Assembly: GCA_028826165.1 (NCBI GenBank)
Contig: JAPDFW010000068.1
Coordinates: 1 to 64,000, forward strand
Direction of reading: 5' to 3'
Length of the DNA: 64,000 bases
From: Anaeramoeba ignava BMAN
Taxonomy: Eukaryota > Protista > Anaeramoebae
Shown: positions 11,587-24,700 of the stretch, piece after piece
Numbering within the stretch: the first letter of the stretch is position 1
Layout: each line of letters starts with the position of its first letter
Program-made: the position numbers and the translations under genes
The notes under the pieces: generated by a model
Told to the model about the DNA's origin: nothing
Databases searched by the model: none
What the model saw: the letters and a program-made list of their open reading frames with translations, nothing else

Positions 11587-13674
11587 TTATTTTAAATTAA
11601 GAAATAAAAGAATATCTTCCATTTCATCAAGTGAAAATTCAGGGAAAAATGGTACAAGTTCCTTAAGACTTTGAAGAATAGAATTTCTTTCTTTTTTCTT
11701 TTCTCTTTTTTCTTTTTGGATTTGTTTCTTTTCGTTTTTAAGTTCTTTTTTCTTGACTAAATTTGCCTTATTCTCTTTCATTAATTTTTTGTTTGCATCA
11801 AGTTTTGATTTGAAATCACGAATTTGATTAGTAAAATTAACAAGATTTAATTTTAAAGATTCCATTTGTTTAAGTTTATCATAAACATTATCAAATTTTG
11901 ATTTTTGTTCCGAATTTGAAAGATTGGATTGCTGATTGTTTTGTTTGTTCTCAAGATCCTGAAAAACCTGGAGATAATGCTGTGAAAAATCAGCAAAAGA
12001 CATAGTGGAAAGATTGTCAATAATTTGGAACAAATCCATGTCATTTCCAATTGTGAAAAATTTGTCATCATTTAAAAATGCTTCCCAATCAATATCCACA
12101 TTGACTAATTTTTTGACAATGCAGTTTCTTTGGAGACACACTGCTTGCAATTTAGCAATTTCCTTTTGGAATTGTTCCAGTTCTTCTTGTGTTTGAATTT
12201 TCGCGCGGTCTTCGTTGAGTTTTTGTGATGTTTTTGTGATCATTTCTTGTAGTTGATCGTACATTTCTGGCTGCAATATTTGTGTTTGCTGAACGTAATA
12301 CTTGCAATACATTACAACCGCCTTTTGGAAATTTCTTGCGATTGTTTTCCACTTTGAATATGATCGCGAAAGCTTGCCAAAATCCTTTTGTGATTTTTTA
12401 AAATCTTGCGCTGCTTTTTCTAAAATCGGAATATTTTTTGGTTCAATTCCTGATGAAATTTTTGAAATTGAATTTGATGTCTGCAAACACGCATCAAAAA
12501 CGCTCAAGATCCAGTTCGCATTCTCCCTAATTTTCATCTCGCAAAACTCAACTTGGCGCATTTGCTTTTGCGCTTCTTGCTTGATTTCCGAGATGGTGTT
12601 TTTATAATTAAAAAATGCGTCTTCTTGAATTAGCATTTCATCCAACATTTGCTTGTAATCTTGGCTTTCTGTAGTTTCTTCAGCCATATTTGAATCATTG
12701 TTTCTTAGTTCTTGGATCATCTTGTTTAAAAACGTGTTCATTTTGTTGATTGTTGTGAAAATGGTTGCGTCAATAAGTTTGAGTGGAAATTCTATTTGCT
12801 CAATTTTTTGGAAATTTAATTCTTTTTGAGTAATCCAAATATGAAGTGCGCATTTTGACAATGAAATTAAATCGTAAATCACAATTTGAACCGCATTTTC
12901 AGTTTTTTCGATTTTTTGCTGAGCAAGTTTTAAATGATTGAGCGGTTTGATCTCAAAATTGATTTGCGAAAATGGAATTGTTAATGAATTCCATTGAAGT
13001 TTAATTTTGACATAATTATAAGAAGATTGAAGAAGAATATTATAATCAAGTATTCCACTTTTTTTAAGAGTATCCTAAAAAATATAAAATATAAAAATAT
13101 AAAATATAAAATAATTTTTAGAAACTTAATTAAATTTTCTTTAATTTATAAAAAAAATTTACTAAATGATTTGGAATTTCTTGTAAATTAAGATTCTATT
13201 TATTTATTTTTTTAATTAATTAATAATTTTTCATTTTTTTTTGAAATGTTTTTTTTTTTTTTTTACTTTTGGATTTGAATAATTTAATAATAATGCAAAT
13301 AATTCTTCTCTGTTTTTTAAAGGTTGTAACCATTTGTAATATTCAGATATTTTATCCTGTTTTAAATTTTGGAATTTTTTTTTTCAAAAGGAATAGAAAT
13401 GATATTTTTAAATAAAAAAAAATTTTTTTTCTTTTTTTTAATAATTTTGCGTTAAATAATATTTACATTATCAATATAACCAATTGAACTTAAAACGTGA
13501 TGAATTTCAACTTTAGTTTTTTGAAAAAGAAGTAAAAATTTTTGTTTATCCTTCTTTTTATTTATTTATTGATTTAATTTTTAATTTTATTTAATTTTAA
13601 ATTTTAAATTTTAAATTATTTACAAAAATTGGACTTAAAATTGGAATATTTGAATTAGATTGATTAAAATTCAT
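11587..13674 (-). CDS. Uncharacterised helical/coiled-coil protein
   Basis: ATG 13674 (MNFNQSNSNIPILSPIF) and four short exons with phase-0 GT-AG introns join in frame to the 431-aa ORF. No domain recognised. Confidence 0.75.
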
Positions 13675-13916
13675 ATTTTTTTTTTTAAAATTTAAAAATG
13701 AAAAATGAAAAATGAAAAATGAAAAATGAAAAATGAAAAAAATATTTTTTTTATCCGATTTTTTTTTTTAATTTTAAATTTAAATTTTAATTAATTAATT
13801 ATTAGAAAAAGATTAAATGATAAACTGAGATTACTTTTGAAGTTTTACAAGAAAAGAAAAGAAAAGAAAAGAAAAGAAAAGAAGAAATTAAGATAAAATT
13901 AATAAAAAAAAAATAA

Positions 13917-16900
13917 TTATTTTTTTTCGTTTTCATTGAAAATTGGAAATGATAAAGTATTAACAGCTTTTGATAATAATTCATCACAAAAAACCGAAAA
14001 TTGTTGAGTTTCCAAAAATAATTCCATAAAAGGTAAATTTTTTTCAGGAATTGTACTTAAAAAGCTTTCTTTAACAAAAGCAACTACTGTATCTGTTCTA
14101 TTAGAAACATCAGAAACTGTATGACGACGGAAATCAGCAAATAAATTCTGGTAATACACTTTCAAAATTTTCAGTGTGTATTGAATCACAATTTCAATTG
14201 GTTTTAAATTCAAATAATCATATATTTCGCTTATTTTAAAATCATCTGGATCCTCTTCTTTTGAATTTAATCTATTTGTTAATCCCTTTAATAAAAGTGA
14301 TGAAGTTGCTGAAAAGCTTGAGAATTCAAGTGTAAATGAATCTGAGAAATGCATTGATGGTGGTGGTTTTGGTTTTGTTGTTTTTGTTTCGTTGATTCTT
14401 TCAATTAATGGATTTTTTGGTTTATTTTTTTTGGGGTTTTTTTGATTTAAATTTTGATCTAAGTTTTCATCAATTAAATCAATTAAATTTTGATTTGAAC
14501 TTTGATTTGAATTTTGATTTGAATTTTCATTTAAATTTTCATCAATCAAATCAATTAAGTTTTGGTTTAAATTTCGGTTTAAATTCCGATTTAAATTCCG
14601 ATTTAAATTTCGGTTTAAATTTTCATCAATCAAATCAATTGAGTTTTTATTTGAATTTTCATTTAAATTTTGATTTGAATTTTGATTTGAATTTTCATTT
14701 AAATTTTGATTTGAATTTTCAATTAAATCAATTGAGTTTTGATTTAAATTTTCATTTTGATTTTGATTTAAATTTTGATTTTGATTTAAATTTTGATTTT
14801 GATTTTGGTTTGAATTTTGATTTTCATTTTGATTTTGATTTTGATTTTGATTTTCATTTTGATTTGAATTTTGATTTGAATTTTGATTTAAATTTTGATC
14901 AATTAAATCAATTGAATTTTGATTTGAATTGTTATTTGAATTGTTATTTGAATTGTTATTTGAATTGTTATTTGAATTTTCAACAAAAGGATATTTCTCT
15001 TCATTAATTACATTCTGTTCGCTATTTTTTAAAATAGGTTTCTTAATATGAGAAATTTTATCATTTGGGTCTGATTTTACATTTGAAGGATCAAAATCAA
15101 TTTCTTTAATTTCTGATGAATCCAACATATTTAAAGGATAAGTATGTAATGAATGACGAAGTATAGATCTTCGTGATTTTGGACTTAAAGAAGGACTTTT
15201 ATCAGTAATAATTTGAGCATTTAATGATTGATGCAATTCATTAAAATCATTAGTTTGTTTTGTTGTTGGATCTTTATGAAAAAAAAGATCCAAATTATCA
15301 TCAGCATAAGATTTAACTTGATTGGCTCTTGTTATATGAATTTCTCTTTTTTTCACTGCTGAACGCGGTCTTGACCACGATTTATTTCCTCCTCTTCTTG
15401 AATTTTTTCCTGATTGTGATGATTTGTTTTTTTTCTGAATTAAATCTTTAATTTTTTTAAAATTCTTTCGTAAAATTTCTTCATGTGGAAGTTTTGGTAA
15501 TACTAAATCTGGATTTTTTCCTTTTTTCGGATTTGTTGGAAATTGGAATGTATTTTGATCTATATTGATAATGTAATATTCTTTATTTTTTTCTAATTCT
15601 GTGATTTTTTCTATCATTCCAATTATAAATGGAACTGGTGAATCTAAGAAATCTTTTAAAGTAGATGGAAGAACTGGAATAAATACACCAGACCATTTAA
15701 GTGGATAAATTAAGGAAAAGATTGAAAGGCTTAATTTCAAATTTAATTTAAATTGAATTTTGATTTTAATTTTAATTTGAATTTTAATTTTAATTTTGAT
15801 TTGAATTTAAATTTTAATTTTAAATTTAATTGAATTTTAATTTTAAATTTAATTGAATTTTGATTTTAATTTCAAAATGAATTGGATTTTTAAATTATCA
15901 TACGTAATAGCAGTCAAAATACGAAGATCTTTGCTAATATAAACAACAGAATGTTCCAAAAGAGCCAGTTTCATCATCATAATAATAATATCAACAGAAA
16001 GAGTAGAGAACATAATTTCAAAACCAAAAGAAGCATGAAGTTTTTGAATTGTTGAAGGAACTGGAAAAATAATATTTTTAAGTGGATCTTTTAACGGAAT
16101 AATTATCCAAGATTCGCCACTTGAAATCTTCGTCCGTTGACACCTTTTTAATATATCAAGCACAATGGATGAGGATCTCTTGCTCTTCTTTGGACTTTCA
16201 ATCACCGCTTCTTTATTTGAAAGTAAATCTCGACTTTTCATAATGATTTCTTCAGACAAATTCACAAGATACTTGCGGAAATTCGAAGTGGCAAGTCTGC
16301 GGTTAGTTTCCAAAGTTGTTTTGATTAAAGTCTTGATATTGAAGTTATGCACAAGCTTTGAGTTTTGGAACGCAAGTAATTCAAGAGCAATTATAGCATG
16401 AATAATGTCAAAAAATAAATCATAAAAAGAAAATCTACTTAAAATACAGTAACAAATTTTTCCAACAGCTGTAGAAGCCTCTAGCTGTCTTTCATAAGAA
16501 TCCTTCTTGATAAAACTTGGAAGATGATTAAGTAGAGATTGCACATAAACGCAGAACCCGAAAATGGGGCCTTTATGGGAGTTAAGAAGAAAGACAAAAT
16601 GAGATTCCGATCCAATTAATTGGATTTTTTTTTCAAAAAATTTTCCTGTCATTTCCGTTCCGATTTGGGAGTCTTTTGAACCATGTTTGGCCTCAATTCT
16701 TGTAATGTCCACTCCGCAGGGAAAACAAAAAGACAGCGTTTGATCCCCTTCTGATAAGTCCTTTGGGAACTGGAACAAGATTTCTGGCTCAAAGTGTGTC
16801 TCTTTCTTGTGGCGCTTTATCTGTTTTGGTGATACCCCAACTACTAAGAACCCTTCTAAAAGTGTTTGTGGTGATTGTTCTATTGGTGTTGTTGTGTGTA

Positions 16901-17009
16901 ACATTCGGCTTAGTCTTTCTTGTTGTGTTAATTCAATTACATCTATCACAAAGTGATTATTATTTTTGTTATTTTTTTTTTTTGATTTTTTGAAGAAAGA
17001 AAAAACCAT
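13917..17009 (-). CDS. DENN-domain protein (putative Rab GEF)
   Basis: uDENN (EGFLVVG..PEILFQFP..FCFPCG), cDENN (CYCILSRF, ALLEHSVV, PLKWSGVFIPVLP..FLDSPVPFIIG) and dDENN (FMELFLETQQFSVF). Intron 15730-15903 joins the two ORFs. Confidence 0.93.
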
Positions 17010-17212
17010 TTTTTCTTAATTTTTAAATTAAAATTAAAATTAAAATTAAAATGAAAATTAAAATTAAAATTAATTTCGATTAATAAAAAATTTAAAAAGA
17101 TAAAAATGAAAGAAAAAAAATGAAAAAAAAAATTTTTTAATCTTTATTTCTTTTTCTTTTATTATTATTATTAAAATCTATTTTAAAAAAATTTTTTTTG
17201 CTTTTATCAAAT

Positions 17213-18620
17213 TTAATTATCATTTTCATTTTCATCTTCATCTAAAGAAGAAATTTCATTTTCATCTTCTAAATTATAATTTTCATTTTCATTTTCATTT
17301 TCATCTTCATTTTCATCATTAGAAAAATCATCAGAAAAATGAACAGATCCAGAATCACTACTTTCTCCTTCAGGAAAAACATCATCTGCAATAGGCAAAT
17401 TATCCCAAGCATCTTCCAAATCCTTATCCAAATTATCAACTGTTTTATTATTATGTGAATTTTTGGAAAAACTCTTTGAAGAAATTTTTTCCTTTTGATT
17501 TTCTTCTAAAATTAATTTGCCTTGACTTGTAAATAAAAGAGAATTCAATTGTTGTTTCAGGTATAACTTTGAATGAGGCAAACGAGAGACAGTATCATAA
17601 ATTCTAACAAATCTATCCAAACCAACACACGCAACAAAATCGAGAACAGGGTGTTCTTCAATGGCGCGAATAGAGCCACTTGCGCCTTTAAAACTGCCTA
17701 AATTTTTTCCTCTTCTTAAATCAAATCTAAATATATCTCCTGTTGTATCTCCAGCATAAACGCTTTGATTATCTCTTGAAACAGTGATTGCATTGAGTGG
17801 TCTTTTCAGAACCTTTTTACTAAACACAAGATTGTTTTCCAATCGCCTGTCATATAATCTCAAGTCTCCATAACTTGTTCCAACAATAATCACTTGATTA
17901 CTATCTGTTTTCCATTTATGATCACGATCCCAAATTGGAATCGGAAGATCTAGTTCATCATTAGGTTCGTTTTGTCCTTCAAAAACGCATTTTCCTGTCT
18001 CAATATCATATACTTTTAAAATATTATCATTTCCACCAGAAGAAAGTAATTTTTGGTCAATTGAATCAACTCTAATTTGACTAATTGGTTCTTTAATTTG
18101 AAAAGCTGTCATTTTTTCAATTTTGATTTTCAAATTTTCATTTTAAATTTTCATTTTCAATAAAATGAAGCTTTTTACTTCTGGTTTTCCTTTTTTTTAT
18201 TCCAATTTTTTTCTTCTTATTTTCAAATTCAATTTCTTTTTCATCTATTAAATTATCATTCAAATTCAAATTTGGATTTAATTCAGAATCAAAATCAAAA
18301 TCAAAATTGGAAATCTCAACAATTCCTTCATTTGAACAAGTGATTATTTTATTATTTTGTGAATATAAAACTTCCATTCCGATTGGATTTTTTTTTATAT
18401 TTAAAACTAATGACTTCAATTCTCTTTTATTAACATCCCATAATTCAACTGTTCCTGATTTTGTTAAAGCTGTAATAAAATCTTCTGAATTTTTTTTCCA
18501 CCAACGAATATTTAAAATTTCATTTTGAATTCCTGTTGCTCTTGTTAAACAATGATATTTCAATCTTTCTACTTCAATTTCTTTTAAAAAACCAACTCTA
18601 TCTCCAGTAAAAATTTTCAT
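17213..18620 (-). CDS. WDR74: WD-repeat ribosome biogenesis factor WDR74/Nsa1
   Basis: MKIFTGDRVGFLK, NDELDLPIPIWD, GASGSIR..HP..VGLDRFVRIYD, LYLKQQL. A 73-nt intron at 18106-18178 joins the two ORFs. Confidence 0.9.
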
Positions 18621-18702
18621 TTAATTTTTTAAAAAAAAAAATGAAAAATGAAAAATTTAAAAAATTTTTTTTCATTTTTTCTTTCTTTTTATTTTCTTTT
18701 TA
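18621..18702. promoter_or_regulatory. 82-bp bidirectional promoter with divergent TCATTTT (Inr-like) motifs
   Basis: ATGAAAAATGAAAAA followed by TTTTCATTTTTT between two head-to-head start codons. Confidence 0.6.
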
Positions 18703-21700
18703 ATGTCAAAATCAAAAAATTTAAAAAAAAAACAAAAACAAAAAGAAAAAGAAAAAGCAATTTTCCAAACAAAAGATAATTCCATTTCGATTTCCTATCT
18801 TAATGATATTTACATTCCTTTTAAGGAACAAGCAAAAAAACAATTTGAATTTGTAAATAAAATTTTTTTCCTTTTTTTTTTTTCCGTTTTTTTTTGCTTT
18901 TTTTTTTTTTAAAATAAGAAAATAATAATTTACTTATTTTAAAAACTTATTTATTTTCTTTTATTTTTAAAGTTTTCAACACAAAAAGAAATTCGTTTTT
19001 CTGATTTAAAAGATATTCCTGAATTTAGAAAGAGTTTAGATTTAATTACATCAATTTCAATTCATATTTCTGAAAATCAAATTATTGAAATGAACGAAAC
19101 ATATCCTCAAGGAAATGAAAACAATAATGTAAATTTTAAATCAATTTTAAATCAATTTTAAATCAATTTTAAATCAATTTTAAATCAATTTTAAATCAAT
19201 TTTATATCAATTTTAAATCAATTTTATATCAATTTTAAATCAATTTTAAATCAATTTTATATCAATTTTAAATCAATTTTAAATCAATTTTAAATCAATT
19301 TTAAATCAATTTTAAATCAATTTTATATCAATTTTAAATCAATTTTATTTCAATTTTATATCAATTTTTAATTTTTAAATAAATCAATTTTAAATCAATT
19401 TTATATCAATTTTAAAATTTCAATCAATTTTTTAAATCAATTTTAAATCAATTTTAAATTAATTTTAAATCAATTTTAAATTAATTTTTTAATTTAATTT
19501 TTAAATCAATTTTTAAATCAATTTTTTAAATCAATTTTATATCAATTTTAAATCAATTTTTCAATTTTAATTTTAATTTTTTTAATTTTTATATTAATTT
19601 TTTAAATCAATTTTAAATCAATTTTTAAATCAATTTTAAATCAATTTTAAATTTTAATTTTTTTAAATTTTTATCAATTTTTCATTAATTTTATCAATTT
19701 TAATTTTAAATTAATTTTAAATCAATTTTATATCAATTTTAAATCAATTTTAAATCAATTTTTTCAATTTTAAATCAAAATCAATTTTTATTTTAATATC
19801 AATTTTTTAATTTTAAATTAATTTTTAATTTTAAATTTTTAATTTCAATTTTATATCAATTTTTCAAATATCAATATCAATTTTAATTTCAATTTTAATT
19901 TAAATCAATTTTTTCAATTTTAAATCAATTTTCAAAATCATCAATTTTTTCAATTTTAATCCAAATCAATTTTAAATCAATTTTAACTTCAATCAATTTT
20001 AAATCAATTTTAAATTTTTAATTTTAAATTAAATTTTAATTTTTAATTTTTTCAATTTTAAATCAATTTTAAATCAATTTTAAATCAATTTTATATTAAT
20101 TTTATATCAATTTTTATTTATTAATTTTATATCAATTTTATATCAATTTTAAATCAATTTTTAAATCAATTTTAAATCAATTTTATCAATTAATTTTTAA
20201 ATCATTTTTATATCAATTTTTAAATCAATTTTAAATCAATTTTAAATCAAATCAATTTTATATCAATTTTATATCAATTTTATTCAATTTTATATCAATT
20301 TAAATTTTTTATATCAATTTTAAATCAATTTTATATAATTCAATTTTAAATCAATTTTATATCAATTTTATATCAATTTTATATCAATTTTATATCAATT
20401 TTAAATCAATTTTAAATCAATTTTAAATCAATTTTAAATCAATTTTAAATCAATTTTATATTAATTTTATATCAATTTTATATCAATTTTATATTAATTT
20501 TAAATCAATTTTAATTTAATTTTATATTAATTTTAAATCAATTTTATTTTAATTTAAATTTAAAAGGTAAACTTGGATAATGATCCAAATCTCCTCTCCT
20601 CTTGCATTTTCGGATTATTTACTAAAGCTTTATTCAATGGTCAAATTAGTCCTTTATCAGATGAATTATTCCAAAAGATTTTCGAACGTTTTTTTCATTA
20701 CCAAGAATTACTTAAAAAAGAATATCCAAAAATCATCTTCCAAAAACTCAATAGAAAATATCTTCTGGATCTATTTCGAAAAAATCTTCAAGAACTTTCA
20801 TCAAATTTTTACACTCAATATGATAAAATTTTTCTAACACCAAATTTAAGTAATGATAAAAAGTGTCAAAAATTAATAAGAAATCTTTCACTCGAAAAAA
20901 TTACAAATGAAGAATTTGAAAAATTTCAAGAAAGCTTTATAAAGAGATTTATCAAAACATCAAGTTCAGATAGCTTTATGACATGTCTTTTTAAACTGGA
21001 AAATTTCCCAACACATCTTGGCTTAGAATCATGGAATCAAAAAATAACCGCAAATCAACTTCCTGAATTAACTCCAGACTCAAAATTTTGTCTAGTTCTT
21101 TTTCTTTATTCATCATCAACAAAATTGAAACCCGGTTTCCAATCGCAAATCAGTGCTCTTATCAAGAAAATCTTCGATCAAAGAATAATAACATCAATCG
21201 GTCAAAAATTTTGCAAATTTTTATCCAAAATTTCAAACACAGATTCTTATGTAAAAGAAAATAGTTTGGAAAAATTAAAAGATAAAATGAAGGATTTATT
21301 GATGTCAAGATTCAGAGAAAAAGGAAAGCCTATATTTAATTTCTTAACATCTCTTATGAAATCTCAAGTTGATAGAAATGAAATTTTTAACCCAAATCTC
21401 GCTGAGCAAATTACAAAAAAAATCAAGAAAACCCACAATCAATTTGTTAAATTTGACGAATCCGATATAAAAAATCACGAAAAAATCTCGAAGTTTTTCT
21501 ATTTAATGCAAATGTTCATTGAAATTCGATACAATATTAACGACTATCATGTGGTTCTCAAAGAGTTATGGGGATTAGTCAATCATAAAGATCGTGATAT
21601 TTCTTTTATCACAGTTAAAGGATTCCTGAAACTCATCAAAAAAAAATCAAGTTGGGTTCCCCAAATTTTAGTTCAGTTAGGAACTTATTTACTTGATTTT

Positions 21701-24700
21701 TACAATCATAAAAATTCTGAAAATTTATCTTCAAATTTCGCCGAAAAGATTATTCACATATTTTCAGCAATTGAACAAAAATATCATGACCATTCTCAAT
21801 CTTCTAATTATTATAATAACGATAACAAAAATAAAATGAAAAACAACAAAAATCAAAATGAATTTGATTTCGAATCTGAAAATATATTTCAAAAGCAAGC
21901 CCCAATAGATAAACAATCTATTGATACTTTTACACTAAATGAAGATCATTTAGATTATCTTCAACAAGCTATTTTAATTGGTCTTTGTTTCCCAAATTCA
22001 GAATTTCGATCCAAATTTTTTGAACTTCTTGTGAAAATTTCACAAATTTTAAAACAAATTTCTAATAACAAAATTATTTGTAAACAAAAAAAAAACAAAG
22101 AAAGAAAAATCAGTAAAAAAATCTAAATTCTAAATTTTTAAATTTTAGCAATTTATGATATTTTTCAAAAAGAATGGGAAGAAGTTTATCGGCAATCAAA
22201 AAAAGATCTTGAAATATTTCCATTAAAATATGTAAAATTTTAATTTAATCCAAAAAAATAAAAATAATTTTAAATTTTAAATTTTAAATTGAAAAAAAAA
22301 ATTTTAGTTAAAATATCCTAAAAAAATTCCAATCAAAAATTTAATTGAGGTTATAAATGATAAAGATCATATTTTTTGGATGAATTCCTATTGCAAATTA
22401 CTTAAAAAAGTTCAAAAACATCATCCTAAAATAATTGAATCGATAATGAAAAACGTAAAATCAAATTTAAATTAAAATTTAAAATTAAAATTTAAAATTA
22501 AATTCAACTTCTAGTTATCTAGAAATCAACTAATTAAAGAATCAAATGCTCAATTTTTCAAAAATTTACAGATGATTTATTTATCTTTTGCAACTGAACA
22601 AAGTATAATATTTTATCATTAAATTTTTTTCAATTTTCCAAAATATTCATTTTGAAATTTTTTTTTTTTTCAAATTTTAGTGAAACAAAATATTAAAATT
22701 GATTCAAATTATATTCCAATCGAAAATTTATTTTTACAAATTCCTGAATCCAAAAATGTAAACAACAAAAACAAAAACAAAAACAAAAACAAAATAATTT
22801 TTTAATTTATAAAAAAAAAATTAGATTTTATCACAAATGAATATTGATTTATATCCTGTTTTTATTCCAAAATTAATTCAATCATCAAATGATGGAACAA
22901 TTTCTATTGATCATTTTGGTAAATTCTAAAAAAAAAAAATACAAAATTGAAAAATAATATTAATCAAAAAAAATCAAAAAAAAAAAATAGAAATTCTTCA
23001 TCGAAATTTCCGTTCTTTTAATCAAGATGATTATAAAAAAATTCCTCATGATTTTTCTAGTTTTTTAAATAATCTAAATGCAATATTTCCTAAAATTTAT
23101 AATTCCAATCCAAAAAAACAAGATCTTCTTTATCATTCTTGCTTATTTATTAATTCACTACAAAATTTTTTTCCAAAAGATCAAATACTTGATGAAAAAT
23201 TACGAAATTCATTTTATAATTTTATTCCAGAAAATCTTTTTATAAATAAAGATGAAGATGAAGATGAAGATGAAGATGAAGATGAAAATGGAAATGAAAA
23301 AGGGAATTTAAATAAGTCTTCAGTATATATTGCATATCTAGCAAAATCAGAACTTTTACAAGGAAATTCTTTAAATGAATTTGATAAACAAACTACAGGA
23401 AAAGTTCTTTCTTGGATTTTTAGCTTATTAAATTCAAAAATTTTATGGATTCGTGAACTTGGAAATTATTCACTTAAAAATCTCTATTTAAATAATCAAA
23501 AAGAAATTTCTCAATGTTTGAAAGACTTTTATTATGCAAAAGATGAATTTATTTCAGATTCTTTTGGAGAAGTTATTATCGAAAAAGTTCAAAAGGAAAA
23601 ATCTAAAATTGAGGAAATTGATTCTTATATTTTAAGTTTTTTCCTTCTAAATTCTTCAAATCCAAACATAAGAAAAAAAGCTCGAGAATTTTTTGAATTT
23701 ATCAAAAACAATAACTTGAAAAATTTAGAATATCCAATACTTTCTTTTTCTTGGATTCAAGAACCAGCAATTCTTTCTCAAAAAATTGTAGTTATTTAAT
23801 CAAAAATCAAAAATCAAAAATCAAAAATAACAACAAATTTCATTTAATTTTCAATTTGTTATTATTATTATTATTATTATTAGATTGATTTAAGTAAATT
23901 GGTTGTTGATCAAAAAGAACAAGATCAAAAAATTATTTCTGGTTTTATTACAAAATCTTTGAATATTTTAATTGAGTTAAGAGATCAACTTCATTTGAAA
24001 GAAATTGATGAATCATTTCAAACAGTAAATCTAAAAAAAAATGATAATAAATTTTTAATTCTAAAAACAAAAACAATTTTTAGGCTCGAATTCAATTAAT
24101 TATAGACTTTTTATCTCCATGGTTAAAATCACTTAATAAAGATTTAATTTTAAATGAAAATGAAAATCTAAATCAAAATCTAAATCAAAATGAAAATGAA
24201 AATCAAAACATGTTTTTGATAAAAAATTTCCAATTACTATTTTTATTTTCTATAAAAAATGCAAATTGTTATGAAGAAATTTCAAAATTATGGTCTTCTT
24301 TATATAAAGAAAATACTATTGAAATATTCTTGGATTTTTTCTTAGAAATTGGAGCTGGATTTGTAATTAAAATTAAAATTAAAATTAAAATTAAAATTAA
24401 AATTAAAATTAAAATTAAAATTAAAATTAAAATTAAAATTAAAATTAAAATTAAAATTAAAATTAAAAATTAAAATTAAAAATAAAAATAGCAACATCCA
24501 CAATTAATTGAAATTGAACAATTTATAGTTCGAACATTTAGTTTAATTTCATCAGATTCAATCTTTAATTTTTTTGATAAAGAATTAGTTATCGAACCAA
24601 ATACAACTTCAAAATTAAATGTTGAAAAGTAAATTACAAACAAATTTCTCTCTTTCTATTTTATATCTTTTATTTAAAATAATTTTTGATTTGATTTTAA

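Noticed and set aside
18106-18178. AAA-TGA between the two WDR74 ORFs resembling a Euplotes-type +1 programmed frameshift
   Set aside because: A canonical 73-nt GT-AG intron removes it and restores the frame.
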